NCBI GenBank assembly: GCA_910592345.1
Contig: CAJVPI010000193.1
Coordinates: 1-43,820, forward strand
Source: Paraglomus brasilianum
Taxonomy: Eukaryota
Length of the DNA stretch: 43,820 bases
Reading direction: 5' to 3'
Shown: positions 12,113 to 25,692 of the stretch, piece after piece
How the letters are laid out: every line of letters begins with the position of its first letter
How positions within the stretch are numbered: the stretch's first letter is position 1
Program-made: the position numbers and the translations under genes
The notes under the pieces: model-generated
Databases searched by the model: none
Seen by the model: only the letters and a program-made list of their open reading frames with translations
Told to the model about the DNA's origin: nothing

Positions 12113-13990
12113 ATGGATCAAGAAACTGCTCAAGCACTTTTTGACAAGGGAGCATTTCTAGTATTCCTGAACGCTCCAGAAGGAATGGAGGTTAGTTACT
12201 GCTATCTGCTATACAACTACATTGCACGTAAATAATTAATTACAATTTTCACCAAAAATAAAAGTTCGGGATCGATTGCAATTCATGGCAGATTGGGCCC
12301 AAGTTTATGGGGGTCAAATTGATACCTCCAGGATTACATTATGTGCACTACAGGTACATACGAACAATAGAAGCGAACCGTTAACCACTCCTCACTTTCA
12401 TCATGCTAAAAAATAGTTATAATTCAGCGTATCAGCAAATTCGAGCGTTGGTTTGCGCAATGGGTTTTTCAAGTTTTATGAAGAAAGAGAGGTAAATTGG
12501 GCTTTCATACTCGAGTTTTATGTTTTTACTTGGAATAATAAACGTTGAATGCTATCATTACTCTGCAGATCGTAATAAAAGAATGGGATTCGACTAGAGA
12601 AGATGTCAAGAATGACTTTGAAATTGAACAAGTTCAAAAAGAACGAATTGCTTCAGGTAACAAAAAGAGAGATAATAGGATCAATGGTTTATTGTAGACC
12701 TTTTCTTTTCTTTTTTTTTCTTTCGATAATTCTCTTGTTCGCCACTGTTAACATTCTAATCTCAATGGATAAGATTGAATTCCATTCAATCTCGCTTAAT
12801 TATTCCGCTTTCGCCGTTTCTCCCATAATTTAGACATGCGTCGACTAGACCCATACCTCGGAGCATATCCTTTATCTCCACCAACTACGTGGCGGAAATG
12901 GGTTCATCTCACTGATTTCATCAGCCGTGCACTCATCTCTCGGGTGCTTCCTTGTCAAGGCAAGATAAACAATATATCAGATTCTAGTATCGACGAAGAG
13001 GAGATTGCACACCTGGGTAAACATGGAATGGCTAATAGGGAGACTGTTGGGTTGGAAGAGGAGGGAGCGATTGCAGAAGCCTCTGTGGCAGCGCAGAGTA
13101 TGCAGAACGAGGAGGTTAACGAGATTACAAAAATCGATACACAAGAAGCTAGGATAGAATTCACCAAATTTGATCTTAAAAAAAGTTGGAGACAAGGTGC
13201 AATTGGTACGGAAATTACAAGATATGCACAGGATAAAAGTTGGCTATTGCGTGATTTATTGGAAAGAGTTTACAACAAAGGTGAGCCTTGAGATAGAACG
13301 GTAGCATATTGGTTTTATTGTCGATGGCGCTTCTTCCGATTCACGGTCGCATTCAATCAGATCCAAAGGAGTTACTTGGTGAACTGCAGCTGGCCTTTGT
13401 ATGTTTATTGATAACCGAAAATTTTGCTGGATTGACTCAGTGGAAGTCGTTGATACAATTGGTATGCTCATGTCAAGAAGCGCTAGAACAGTATACAGAT
13501 ACTCTTTTTACACGATTTTTAGGTTAGTACGATGAAACAAGCAATACATTTCTTGGACCTGCATAGCTTCTTAACTTTTAGCTTTTCAGATGTCTTATCA
13601 TACCAGTTGGAAGAATGCCAGACGGATTTCTTTTACGAAATCGAAATGGACAAAAGCTTTCTCCTGCATGCGCTGAAGGTATCTTTAGCCAATAACATTA
13701 CTGACAAAATATCCTACCAAACCCGCCACTCTTGTGTATACATGCAGATTGTAATTCTTTATTTCGTACCACTCCAGACATTATCGCGAAACATTGATTC
13801 AGTCTATTCGACTTCTGCAACCCCGCAAAAATTGCACACGTTGAAACGACGGTTTGAAAACTTCCGTGCATTTCTTGACAAGAAATTCAACTGGACATGG
13901 GTAAGGGAAAGTCGAGACGAAGATGAAGACGAAGGAGAATATGCACCGGTGGTCGTCGAGTTGGACGAGGATGGTGGCTTCGATGTGTAA
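12113..13990 (+). CDS. AAR2: AAR2, U5 snRNP assembly factor, 409 aa
   Basis: Eight exons (12113-12190, 12265-12353, 12428-12491, 12569-12656, 12834-13280, 13361-13522, 13590-13678, 13778-13990). Motifs [56 protein letters not shown] and the C-terminal [13 protein letters not shown]. Confidence 0.92.
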
Positions 13991-14129
13991 GAAGAAACAT
14001 AACTGAATGCTTAAGAAGGAAGATCAGAAAGCAACTAGCACATTGATGCATGGACACAGTAATGTTGTTTGAACTTTTATTCTTTAAAAAAAAAAAAAGA
14101 GTCCAACTATACACGCGAGACAAAACGAT

Positions 14130-16685
14130 TCAAGTCTCGAGTTTTCTCTCCCAAATCTATGCAAAAGAAAAGAAACAGTTATCCATCAATCGAGAAAAAG
14201 GAGATATCCAGACGACTCGCTCTTTGCCCTCTTCGTTTACCTGGATATAACTCTCGCTCAAGAATATCATCTGTGCATTTATCTCTTCCACTATGAGATC
14301 TTGTATTTGGTACCATTGTTCTTTCCCTCTATTCTGTACATGGACTTTATATATGCCGTTACCCTTTCCTGGCTTCCCCTCGTGTGAAATATTTGCGATC
14401 AAGTCAAAGTGAGTCGAGAGTTTTTGAGAGGTATCCGAGTTTTCCGTCAATAAGTCTTTATAAGCAGAAAAATGTTAGCAAGTTTATCGCAAACACAGAT
14501 TTAAAGATGAAAGCGAAAAGAAAAGTGAATTGAATAAACAGCATAATTCTAATTTGACTAATAATACAGAGATATTGCCATAAATTCATATGCATACATT
14601 CTCGCATGTCAATGTTTTTAATAGGGAAGTTGACTATTGTAGGATTCTTTTCGGATGACCAGTTGTTCTTGGTGAACCGCTTGATATGGAATATGATATA
14701 ATTTGGCAATCTTGTCAATTGGAAACGACGAAGCATTCCCGCTGATTCCTAAATTTGAATGATTTAATAATTAGTTTACATTTTTTTATTTTCGCGCGTT
14801 AAGGCCCTGCCATTCTTACTTGGGAAGTGTGCCCATCGTATTTTGATAATATGGCTGTCAATGGAACCTATTTGATATGACAAGCAATATAAATTATACA
14901 CGATACTCGACAAGATTGCAGAAGTCCAAATGCATTTGTCTTGGTGAATTACCTGTGGGATAATATTTTTTTCGATCTCATCTTGAAATAGTGGCGGCGG
15001 AGGTAAATCCAGCGTCAAAAACAAAAAAGGTGAAGAAGTTGTTGCGATCTCTACAAAAAAAGGGGCAACAATTCGTTTTAGTGAAAACTCGTTTGCTTTT
15101 ATAAGGTATCTACCGCAAGCGCAGGTGTGTTCCCAAATGCTCTGTGCGTTTCCTATGACGCCAGCTTATACAGACCTCTATCAAGATCAAATGTCAACCG
15201 ATCCTTCTCGTCAGCATCTTCTTTTACGATTACACTTTGTTTTTCGACTTTAACTTCTCCTTGAAATATCTTATATATGATACCTGTCAAACGACAATCA
15301 ATAGAATCATTAAGTTGACAGTAATCCAAGCTCCAATATCCGTTGTAATGCCAGAGTTTTATAAAACTCGCATCCATTAAGCGGAAAATAACATCAGCAA
15401 TACTCACTGCTTTCTTCCTTCCGAGTTCCCCCCAAGTCCTTATGTAGTGCGTTCAAGAACCACGACAGAAATTCTAGCGGATCGCTCTGTTCGGAGAGCT
15501 TGAACCGTTTGTTTGACGCGTTGGAAATCTCTTGCAGCAACTCGTGAGGGCTGACTTGCCCTTTGAATGCCTTTGGATTCCAAATCTTGCGTACTAATAT
15601 GCTGAAACGCTGAACTAAATATGATAGATAAATAGTGAGAATGTATAAAAACCGAATAAGTTTCAATGTCCAATACGTAAGTCAGATTGTTACCTAATTG
15701 TGATTTGTTCTCAAAGTTCTGCAGTATGAAGTAATCTCTCAATGGAGGAATATGTGCTAGTGCTTGTATAATTACATTCACATAATCATTTGCTTTCACA
15801 TTGTTCAACCCAACAAAACCTACGGTAAAGAAAGTAATATAAGATAAGGCCGACAGTTGGATCACGAAAATACATTATTTCCATTTACCTGGTAAATATT
15901 TTTTATTATTTAAATCATAGGACGCTTTCAGATTCTGATCCAACTGAGCTACTTGTTCTTTTGTGAACGTCGGATGGAGTACATACTAGGTAAAAAAAAA
16001 GGCGCGAAAAAATAGTAAGTAATAAATTCCGAATCGTTAACATTCCCGTTATAAAATTATTCGCTCTTGCGATTTCTCTACCTTGATGTCGTCCAGAGTC
16101 GAATCCTTTACCTCATACCCATCTGGTAATACATAAACCTAATGACGATATCCGTTCAACATGAGCCTAAAAAGTTCTTGCATATTGTGTGAGACGGAAT
16201 GGAGATACCTTGTCATCCTACTTTCAATGTATGTAGATTAATGAACACATGATGATCTTCATGAATACTATGAAAATAAGCATGGGAAGAACGCCCACGG
16301 CCTAAAAGTGAATATGAAAAGAAGACGAAGGTGGACATGAATATGTACTTATTCTATGATCTCTGTAAACTTAACAATTCCTTACCTTGAAAATATTTCC
16401 CACAGACCAAACACGCATACACATTCAGGTTTGATAAACTAACAGAACAGACTTTTTCAAAATCGAAATCCAACATGTGTCGATTGATCTGTTGCCGAGT
16501 AAATGAAGAATCAGCCAAACAGGTCGTTCCTGGGCATGGACAGAAACATTGAAGAAATATATACTTACTGTGTCCAAGTACAGATCGCTCGACTCTGATT
16601 GTGGCTTAATTTTCCTCTTCTTCGACGTTTGCTCTTCGTCGCTATCAATTGTTTCATTAAAATCTCTCTTATCACTATGAGACAT
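14130..16685 (-). CDS. SAD1: SAD1/USP39, U4/U6.U5 tri-snRNP protein (ZnF-UBP + inactive USP domain)
   Basis: 13 GT-AG exons from the ATG at 16685 to the TGA at 14130-14132. Motifs YLDTINRHMLDFDFEKVCSVSLSNLNVYACLVCGKYFQGRGRSSHAYFHS, GFVGLNNVKANDY (catalytic Cys replaced by Asp, as in USP39), KGQVSPHELLQ, LDLPPPPLF, EKNPTIVNFP, QMIFLSESYIQIWER. Confidence 0.95.
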
Positions 16686-16949
16686 GTCTTGAGATCTGAA
16701 TGTCGTTGGTATACGGTTTAGTATAAACAATTTGTGGTAGTGATACAATTTACAATCTTGGAACTTGTGAAACAATGAGACATGCTTATTTTATTGATAA
16801 AATTACTCGTTCTCTCTGAAACGGCTCGATTTTTTCAAAAAGTTGGTATAAAATGGTTCCTAATATCCACACTTAACACTTGTGATTTCAACTAAATTAA
16901 GACATAAACGTGCATTTTTACACTATATTTTCTAGTTTTAAATTGCGAT

Positions 16950-18370
16950 GCAAGTGTTTACATGCAAGCAACAGCTGACGATATACGTTACCAAGCAAAC
17001 ATGAACTTAATTTTGAGCGAATCGTAGGTTCAATACCACACTGACGACAGGGTTTGAAAGTTTCGTTTTGGGCGACTGGCTGATGATAATGGTGCTTCAT
17101 TATATTCATTAGGACTGGACTAATCGAAAGTTTCTCGGTACATATAACTTTGATTACAGGATTGTGAACACGCTCATCAATCTGTTTGTGAACTTTCTCA
17201 TTACTGACTAATATTGAACAAAAATGACTGCAACTCTCACGACTATAATGTATATAGACAAAACATATACGTTCAAAAAGGCTCTGTTATTTCAAGAATC
17301 AATACGGAAGATGGATATTAACTTTACAAATTCACCGCTTACACGTCCGAAAACAATTTAATAGAGGGAGACAATGCCTCATCTGAATCACACAACAACT
17401 TCAAGAGAACAGAATATACCAAGTTTACGCGACAATTTTTTTAACATTGCGAATTTGCTTACAATAGACGAAGATTACTCTCGCCTCGGGCAATATTACA
17501 AATCATGCTGACCAAAGCGGGTTAAAACCATATTACTAATACGCCAAAAGTGTTGCCTGTACGCCAACTGCAGTAAAAGTCTACATAGCATTTACTACTT
17601 AACTACGCGCTAATAACACGCCTTACGTACTAAGAAAACAGTTGTACATAAATGCAGAATATATTTAAAAATATTCATAGAAAGCAGAGAAATTATTTCA
17701 AACTTCTTTAGTTAACTGTCATCAGTAATTCGTATTTAATATTTCTCAATACAAATTCAAGGCACATCGATTTCAACCATATCACTTACCAGAACGATAT
17801 TTACACATTAACAACCAATCCCGAATACCTCAACCGCAAATGTATATTCCCAACTGAAGTCGAACGTTACCTCAACGCCTGTTGCCAATTCCTCAACTAT
17901 TACGATCCATCGGTCCATCAATCAATCCAACCCTAACATTAATTCACCTGTCGTTATAATCTCTCCATATCAATATTTGCACAACCTACACACTTTCAAA
18001 CTATTTTTATATGTCTACTTTGTGCATTTTGTGCGAGATTACCAAAGCAGAATGGCCCTATAAATATTATCTGCTAATTGAACCAAACTTTCCATCCACT
18101 ACTGTTATACTCTCGGAGAAAGATCAACACGAACAGCATGCGTTTGCAATAGTTGCAAAACAATATCCATGCCCACAATTACACCCAATACTTGACAATA
18201 TTCAAGCAATTTCCCTAATGCAACGAAAATTCTTATCTTGCACTGTTTTCTTGGCAGAAATCCAGAAAGTAATAGTGATCCAAAAATCGAACATTGGTCG
18301 GGGAGATGAGCTTTTCAAAAAAGCATGTGAGCGAAGCCATATTCTGTTATGCCAGTTGTATGCTAAGTGA
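16950..18370 (+). mobile_element. Possible highly decayed non-LTR retrotransposon (RT/RNase H) relic
   Basis: Collinear weak motifs: QATADDI (like YADD) near 16970, ESFVLGDW (like ESFRFLGVW) near 17060, and ITKAE...GRGDELFKKA (like RNase H STKAE...NERADELAK) in ORF 18011-18370. No intact ORF. Confidence 0.3.
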
Positions 18371-19049
18371 TTGTGAAACTGCTAACTAACTGGCTTAAGA
18401 ATAACAGCTGCACCTCCTCTGTAATACCTGTCTCTTGGACCCATTAATCAAAAATAAATTTTTGCCTGATATAGTTTAATCTATTGGTGTAAAATAATTC
18501 TCCTACATTTGCTTCTTGTCGAATTACTAGAAATTTTATTTAGAGAATTAGGTTTGCGTCAATATTATATAAGCCATTATTATTATAATATCGGGTCTTG
18601 ATTGATAATTTACAAAATAATTATTTTTGCCGGGGATTGTACTAATTTGTGGTCCAATATTAAGCTATTCATTTCAGAGCAGAGAAGAGTTTGCTTAGTT
18701 CTTGGTACATTTTTTACAAAATTTCTTTCTGATTATTTAATTTAATTAGATTAGGACTTTTACTTTGTCATGCAAACTATATTTTCGTAAATTTCAAATC
18801 GTACATTTACTTCAACCTTCTAAAAAGAGTTACGAGCAAGCAAAATAACCCAACAATAGGACCGAGTTTCAAACTATTTTCTTGATCGAGAAAAAATGTA
18901 AGAAATTGACCTTGAAGACTTGTTGTAAAATTAATAATAGCGTATATTATGACCCGTTTTAGAACCTTTATGCAAACTCCAAAATTACACCTTTTTATAT
19001 TCTCGATCTGACGGGCCTTTATTTCCAGAAATTTCATAATAATTATCGA

Positions 19050-19440
19050 TACAACTATCGAAGTACTCTCCATTAAACTATATATAGCGTTCTAGCCGAT
19101 TTTGCCTGCTCTGAAAAGAGTTCTCATAGTTCTTTTTCGGGATAGCTTCAACAACTGCCTGAACTGCCCTTGCCAAACTTTTGATTTTATCAAATATTTT
19201 TCTTTTTTGGTTCGAGAGATTGAGAAAAGATCCCAAGGGACAAGATCTGGACCGTATGGAAAAGTTCCACTTGTTCGCTATGAAGATTTTTTCCAAGAAG
19301 CGAAAATAAAGTATCATTGGTTTTTACGGCTCATTTTTGCCAGTCGAAAAAAGAAGATTTCCGACAATGAGATAATGAGTTCTACATTTGTTACATAAAG
19401 CATGTGACAAGTTAGACAAAACTTTTCAGGTCCCCACATA
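19050..19440 (-). mobile_element. Mariner-type transposon remnant (transposase C-terminus + one putative TIR)
   Basis: The minus strand reads PYGPDLVPWDLF at 19224-19259 (mariner PYSPDLAPxDF motif), then AVQAVVEAIPKKNYENSFQSRQNRLERYI*FNGEYFD. A TIR-like TATGTGGGGACCTGAAAAGTT lies at about 19420-19440. The partner TIR was not found. Confidence 0.7.
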
Positions 19441-19750
19441 TACTGAGCTTAAAAATGAGACACAATAGCTTTAAAATATCCCGTTCCGTCTTATTACCTC
19501 AAATTGTTAACACTTCACATACACATGCTCGAAGTAATTCTTCATAAAGAATAATATACTAGTAAATACATTAAACTAAAACGTCTTTCTTCTGAAACAT
19601 TGTACAAGAATGTAATTGTTTATATTTACATTACATCCGCTTGCATGTTAATTGGATCTAACTAGAAAAGCATAAACAAAGAAACTCCGAACCTTGCTTG
19701 CCTGCTTTTACAACTATTCAATGCTATAAATACTTATTGATATTTTGCTA

Positions 19751-19827
19751 ATAATACCACTAATAATACCACTAGTTATACCACTAGTTATACTACGAGT
19801 TATACTACGAGTTATACTACGAGTTAT
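19751..19827. repeat. 12-bp minisatellite, about 6.5 units
   Basis: ataataccacta x2, gttataccacta, gttatactacga x3, then a partial unit. Confidence 0.9.
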
Positions 19828-20915
19828 ATGTCTAATTTATCTCGAGTACAAATTCTATAATAATAGAACAACTGAATACGGCATTCATATTAATATTAAT
19901 ATATTACAACAAATTATTGGTATCCCTGGTGACTATTCCTTAAACTCAATATCACATGTTGTAGTACTATCCCTGAAATTGTCTGTGGGCGTAACAGTCA
20001 CACATTGCATTCTCACGATCAACAAAATTAGTAATGATAAGGTTAATTCAATAGTTGATAGAACATCCCGTAACTGATAACGTTAAATGGGAATGGGAAC
20101 AAATAACATACAAACCGGTATTCTCTCAATGTAAGTCCATTGCGCCAAGCCTAGTCAACAAAGACACATACATGTACACACATGTACAAAGTATAAACGT
20201 TCTCGTTTGGCATTTCGGAGAAATGAAAACAGTGCCAAATCAAGAAACCGAGCTTTGTGTCGATGATACTCTTCAGCCGAATCTTCTATTGCTATAAAAA
20301 GATTTTCTTATAGAGATTGACGTTTTGTATACCGATAATGGATGGAAAAGCGACACCGTTTGCAAACAACTAGTCCCAACCGTTCGAGACTGTGATACAT
20401 ATACCGAGTTACACACGCATAATAATTAGATGATGTGCAAAAATAATGATACTTCATGTAGATCGTCTTTCGCCAAAGAGAATTATTGTACATTGACCAA
20501 TCTCCGATTTGCAATGACGAAATAATATCAAATGATATTCTTGTATTAGCGCAAAAAGCAATCCTGTCTTGGTATTACAGATATAAATGACACAGTATAT
20601 TATATAGAGTAAGTTTGACAAATCTCCGAAAATCATCCAGTAATTAAATTGTGATCAGATTCCTGTCGGAGTTAACTCCAGAAATCAGGCCGATCACTAG
20701 TTTATTAGGCAAAAAAGATCTTGCAGCAATCCAAACACAAGGTTAAATAAAAGGCGACCCCCTCCAATTACAAATTTTATAACATTTGGAGCTAAACAAA
20801 ACAGTATTATTGTTTAGAGTATTTTTTTGCGGAAACATTCGTTTTCCTACCTGTTCTCTCCCCCCCCGCCATAAATGATACCCCCCAACACGCACTCGCT
20901 ACTGGGAGAGTAAAC

Positions 20916-23446
20916 ATGTACTGGTTTCACTCAGTGATACTCGGTATATATGTATTGTTAATACCTCTCGCTTGCGCACTGATTCCACCACAACCACGAT
21001 GGTAACGTAGCTGCTAAAATTGGGAAACGCATATATACCATTACACATTATAACAGTTTACCATTATCACTTGTAGGAGTCATCGAACACAATTAGTCAA
21101 CAGAAAGTGAGTATAATTGTTTGGAATAAATATGAACGATAATTGTCGTAACGAATTACATATTAATATGCTTTGCATTATTGTTGACAGACTCTATGTC
21201 CATGGTGGAAGAATAGGCGCAAGACCAATTCCAAACACAACGGCTTCTGATACGTCTCAACTGCTCATTCTCGATTTATCCTCTCCATTCAATGCGACCG
21301 AGGCTCCGTGGACAATTGGTCCAGACGGTCCACTGGTGGCATCTCATTCTCTCTCTGTAGGCGGTAGCAATAACCAAATACTTATTGCATTCGGTGGAGA
21401 GACTCCTTCCACATCTCAGACATCGCTGTTCACTTTCGATACACAAAGTGACAGTTGGTTTCCCAATCAAACACCCGACGTGGTAACTCGCATGGAGCAC
21501 TCGGCGGCTAGCAAATTGAACGACTCTACAATATACATATTTGGAGGAATTTCGACCGCCGTATCCTCGCAAACGCAGTTTGACCAGCTGTACCTACTAA
21601 ACACTAAAAACATGAATTGGTCTCTAGTCGGTGCTTCGCAGGCTTCTTCTCCAACTGGCAGATTCCATCACACCGCTACGATGATGAAAGACGGGAGAAT
21701 GTGGCTGATCGGAGGATTTGGCAATGGACAGATGATATCCATGAACGATCTTTATGTATTTGATACAGTTAAAGGAGTGTGGAGTAAGACGGTGAGTGAA
21801 TGGTGAAAATTGTGGCAATTATAGCATAGCAGTAATGGTGAAATTAATGGACTAGGCTGTTCAATTTGATAGCGTACTGTCATTCTTCAATCTTGTTGAC
21901 ATATCTAATTCTTATTTTGTCGCGTACAGACAGCAACAGGCGCTATTCCCGCTCCTCGAAGAGCGCATCAGGCTGTAGGAAGTAAGCAAGCAATCTTTTG
22001 TAGCTACTTCAGCATCTATCATATTCTGGCATTTTACCCGATATTGTTCAATTCCCTAACCTTTCCGCTTTATTCATCTTTTATACTACAAGCTTCTTCA
22101 AACAAAATAATAATCTTTGGTGGATGTGATCAAACATTTAATACAATATATAACGACGTATACGTCCTGGACGTTAACGCTGAGCCGCCAATTTGGAGTA
22201 ACCAAACAACCGGGGGGACCCTCCCTGCTGGAAGATATGCTCACTCTATGACATTGGCGGGGGACAACATTATCATTGCATTTGGTAAGCGATGCGTAAA
22301 AATAACTGCTATTTTAAAATGTTTACATTCACCAGTTTTTATTGATTTTTACCGTTACTTTTGTAGGGTATTCTGTATGTATTTATCTTCTATCCGTGGG
22401 TGACATAATATTCAATTTCGTCATCATGACAACGCTTTTACTATTTTTAAATTTATCAAACAAGTTAATTCACTATAATCATGTGATAACTTTTTAACAT
22501 ATAAATCCAACATGCCCATAATAACAAGGTTGTTCTTATTAGCATTGTACTAACATTCTGTTATTTATTTATTTATACAATCTAGATGAAGTTTGAGACA
22601 GAGCCTCCCCTCTTAATATTAGACGCTACATCTTACACGTGGACGACGTCGTACACTCCCAAGAATTTAGATCCAACGCCTTCAGCTTCCGGACCTGGGT
22701 CTGCTGGATCTAATACTAACGGACCTAACGGATCGGACGGGACGTCATCTTCAAAGTCTGCTATAATAATAGGAGCGTCAGTCGGAGGAGGCATAGTACT
22801 AATAACTGCGATAGCTATTCTGTATTGTTGTTGGAAGAAACGCAAATCGAAATTCATGTCTGCACCATACGATGAACAACCGTCATCCACTCCTCCATTA
22901 GTCGCATCGCAGGCACGATTACCGTCAGCAGTAGCCATAGCAGAAAAACCGCCGCTGTCATTACCTAAAGCTTATATAACAAGACCACCAAATGCGATGA
23001 CAAAGAGTTTTCCTAGTAATGCTTATCACAATTCCGACACAAATATAACGGATGCAGCGCCAACAATTCCAATACGGAAACAATCGCTTCAATTTGTACC
23101 ATCTCCAAATCGTGTGCAGTCGTTCGCATCATCAAGTAGTACACCAACAACACCAGTTCGTTTGAGTGTTAATACGCTCTCTCCATTTGCAAAATACTCA
23201 CCTGCCTCATCTCAGGGCAGTGGGACTAGTACGCCAGCCACTAGCAGCACGAGCCCGATACTCGAGCTTAGAAATGAACAGTATATGAGTAGTGGAGTGG
23301 GTGGAATGGGCGGAATGGGTGGAATGGGTGGAGTAGGTGGAGTGGGTATGGAGACTATACCTGAGAGACTAGGGAATGATGAAACTGGTCATATTGAGGT
23401 TGGAAAATGGAAGTGGGTGAGAGATGAAAGCAAGGAGAGTGAATGA
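20916..23446 (+). CDS. Kelch-repeat type I transmembrane protein, 609 aa
   Basis: Exons 20916-21001, 21077-21106, 21191-21791, 21930-21981, 22093-22284, 22367-22374 and 22586-23446 give one frame. Signal peptide MYWFHSVILGIYVLLIPLACA; Kelch repeats (LYVHGG, IYIFGG, RFHHTA..WLIGG, IIIFGG, RYAHS); S/G linker; TM AIIIGASVGGGIVLITAIAILYCCW followed by KKRK; S/P-rich tail. Confidence 0.88.
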
Positions 23447-23938
23447 AAGGGATATGATGGGTTAATTTAAAAAGCAAGACAGAAAATTCTATAGTAAATG
23501 ACATTAAAGTGATAGAAAGCTAATGCACGAACGATAGTTTCGCGTCTTGACTATTTTCAGCCGAGACATGTCAGATAAATTTGGATCACCAAGAGTTGGG
23601 GCAACATTTTGTATATTTTATTAATATAAATACTTTTTTGTATATCATTAGTTTTAGCAAAAAATCGGAATTTTATTCCAAGTCCAAGCAATGGTTTGCG
23701 AGGGCGGTTTGACAAAAATTCTTTCTTTCTCACAAGATGTAAAATATTAAATTTTCTTTTGTGATAATCAACACATACTGATTATTTCTCACATGTCACA
23801 TGTCACATACAGTCTCAAAATATATATACCAGTTGTTTTTATTTCATGTGAAATATATTAATGTACTTCTATTATTACCCGATCTGTACGTATACAAAAG
23901 AGGAAACGCAACTTTCCTACGTCTAGTTATTATATATA

Positions 23939-25692
23939 TCATGCATCAACTAGTCCCTTTCCCCAATTGGTCAATACCCTGTTACATTCTTGTTTAAGAT
24001 GTATTGAACGTGGCGAGTCCCATTCGCCCTTAAAGATGAATTGGCGAGCGTAATGTACACACGCCTCACGATAAAATTTAGTGTACAAGCGAGAATTTAT
24101 TGCTTTCTACAAGGCAAAGAAGAGAATAAATAGTTTAGTGATGATAAATTTTTTCAAGGCATATTTTATATTGTTGCACGTAAACTCGTGAGTTTGATAA
24201 ACCCAAAAGTTAAATTCTTTCCTCTTTTGAAGCTTACAAAGATCACTTTACGCATTGACAATAAAATACTCAAACTTACCGCCCATTTAGATTCGCTTGG
24301 TCTGAGGAGATGAGATTTGGGATTGAAATTATGTCGAATTAAAAATGTTTCGGGAAGAACCCAGATATCAGAACCAGTAATATACATTTGATAGAGACAG
24401 GCAGCTTTGTTGTCATCAAACCGCTCTGTACACCTATTTTAACAGAAAGCGTTGCAGTTAAGTTACATGTCTTTTTATATGAGATCTATGCGATGTATGT
24501 GCATATAAACATATACTCACCATGGTGCTGTATTGTCTTTTTTTGACACAAAGTTTGGTCTATAATGGACTTCAAAATCATCAATTTTGTACACTTTCCC
24601 TCTTTGCCACGATGCATAACATGTAGGCCCCCGATTCAACTCCCATCCGTCATCCTGTAAACCCAAATCACCACTCCTGACCATTGAAATAATATCTTCT
24701 CTAGCTCGCGGAATCTGCAGGTTTGTTGCTCCGACTTTATATGTAAATGTAGGCACTGAAATAACATCGTTATTTAATAACAACTTCTTGTATCTCCGTA
24801 TTTCTTCTCTCGTCTTGGTGGTAGGCCACGTATCATGATCGAGATAAAAGATAAAATCGGTACGAGCGAAAAAACGAGCGACGTTGAGATGAAAGTTGGT
24901 GGGACGAGCGAGCATTTCCGGTTTTTCGAAAGAAACAACGTTGGCTATTACGTGAATGTCGACATATTTGGCGACTATTGGATGTTGACTGAGGAAATGG
25001 TCCAGATTGTCAAAGGCTTGCTGAACTATCGGATCGTTTTCATCTAAACTTTCGCTTGAAATATGGAATGTTGCAGATATTGGGCCTAGAAGCGGTTTCG
25101 ATAGGCATTAGAAGAATTAGTAAAACGGTAAAAGTCGAAAATTTGGTTAGCTAACACGGAATCATTATTAATTGATCGCATACCTTGCCATAGTTCAGTT
25201 AGTCTCTTTAGATCTTCAAAACGATTCTCGGTGACAAAGGCAGTAACTGTTATATCATCTTTCTCTGGTATCTTGCTTGCTCGTTTGTGGTATTGCTTTA
25301 TATTGTTCGTGAATCCGCTGGACATTTTGGAATGCATTTTATAAAAGCGAGTATAAGTATCCATTTCGTTTAACGGCGAACTTCCATTTGTATCTAATGA
25401 GAGTGAGCATTAGTACGTCAAAAAAGTCTAGCAAAACAAACAATAAACAAGATTCGCTTTCTTTACCATAAGTCCTTGTCAATGGAAAGTTGGGATATAT
25501 GGGCCTTGATGGACGAGTAAGGTATCCTAATATACTCGTTGTGAAAACAAACAGACTCACAACGATGTACAGAAGGGCAATAGCTTTTAATGCTACTATT
25601 CTTTGTCGCCATAGTGTTCGTAGAATACTCTTGATTGATGAGGTCTGTGACAAAGAGATTGGAGAGCCTTTTTCGGGTATTCGGAGTGTCAT
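23939..25692 (-). CDS. GT49 (LARGE/dystroglycan glycosyltransferase-like) type II membrane protein, 440 aa
   Basis: Exons 25692-25467, 25393-25184, 25085-24521, 24433-24280 and 24106-23939 are in frame. N-terminal TM helix; DDITV..RF..L..L...WQGPISA; NFHLNVARFFARTDFIFYLDHD (DxD); PWCTERF..NKAACL; KFYREAC. Confidence 0.85.

Noticed and set aside
20641..20700. Imperfect hairpin around ggagttaactcc upstream of the Kelch gene
   Set aside because: Too short and imperfect to distinguish from chance, with no ncRNA hallmarks.
23290..23350. 9-bp repeat encoding GMGGMGGMGGVGGVG, reminiscent of GroEL/Hsp70 tails
   Set aside because: Low-complexity slippage within the Kelch protein tail, with no chaperone homology.
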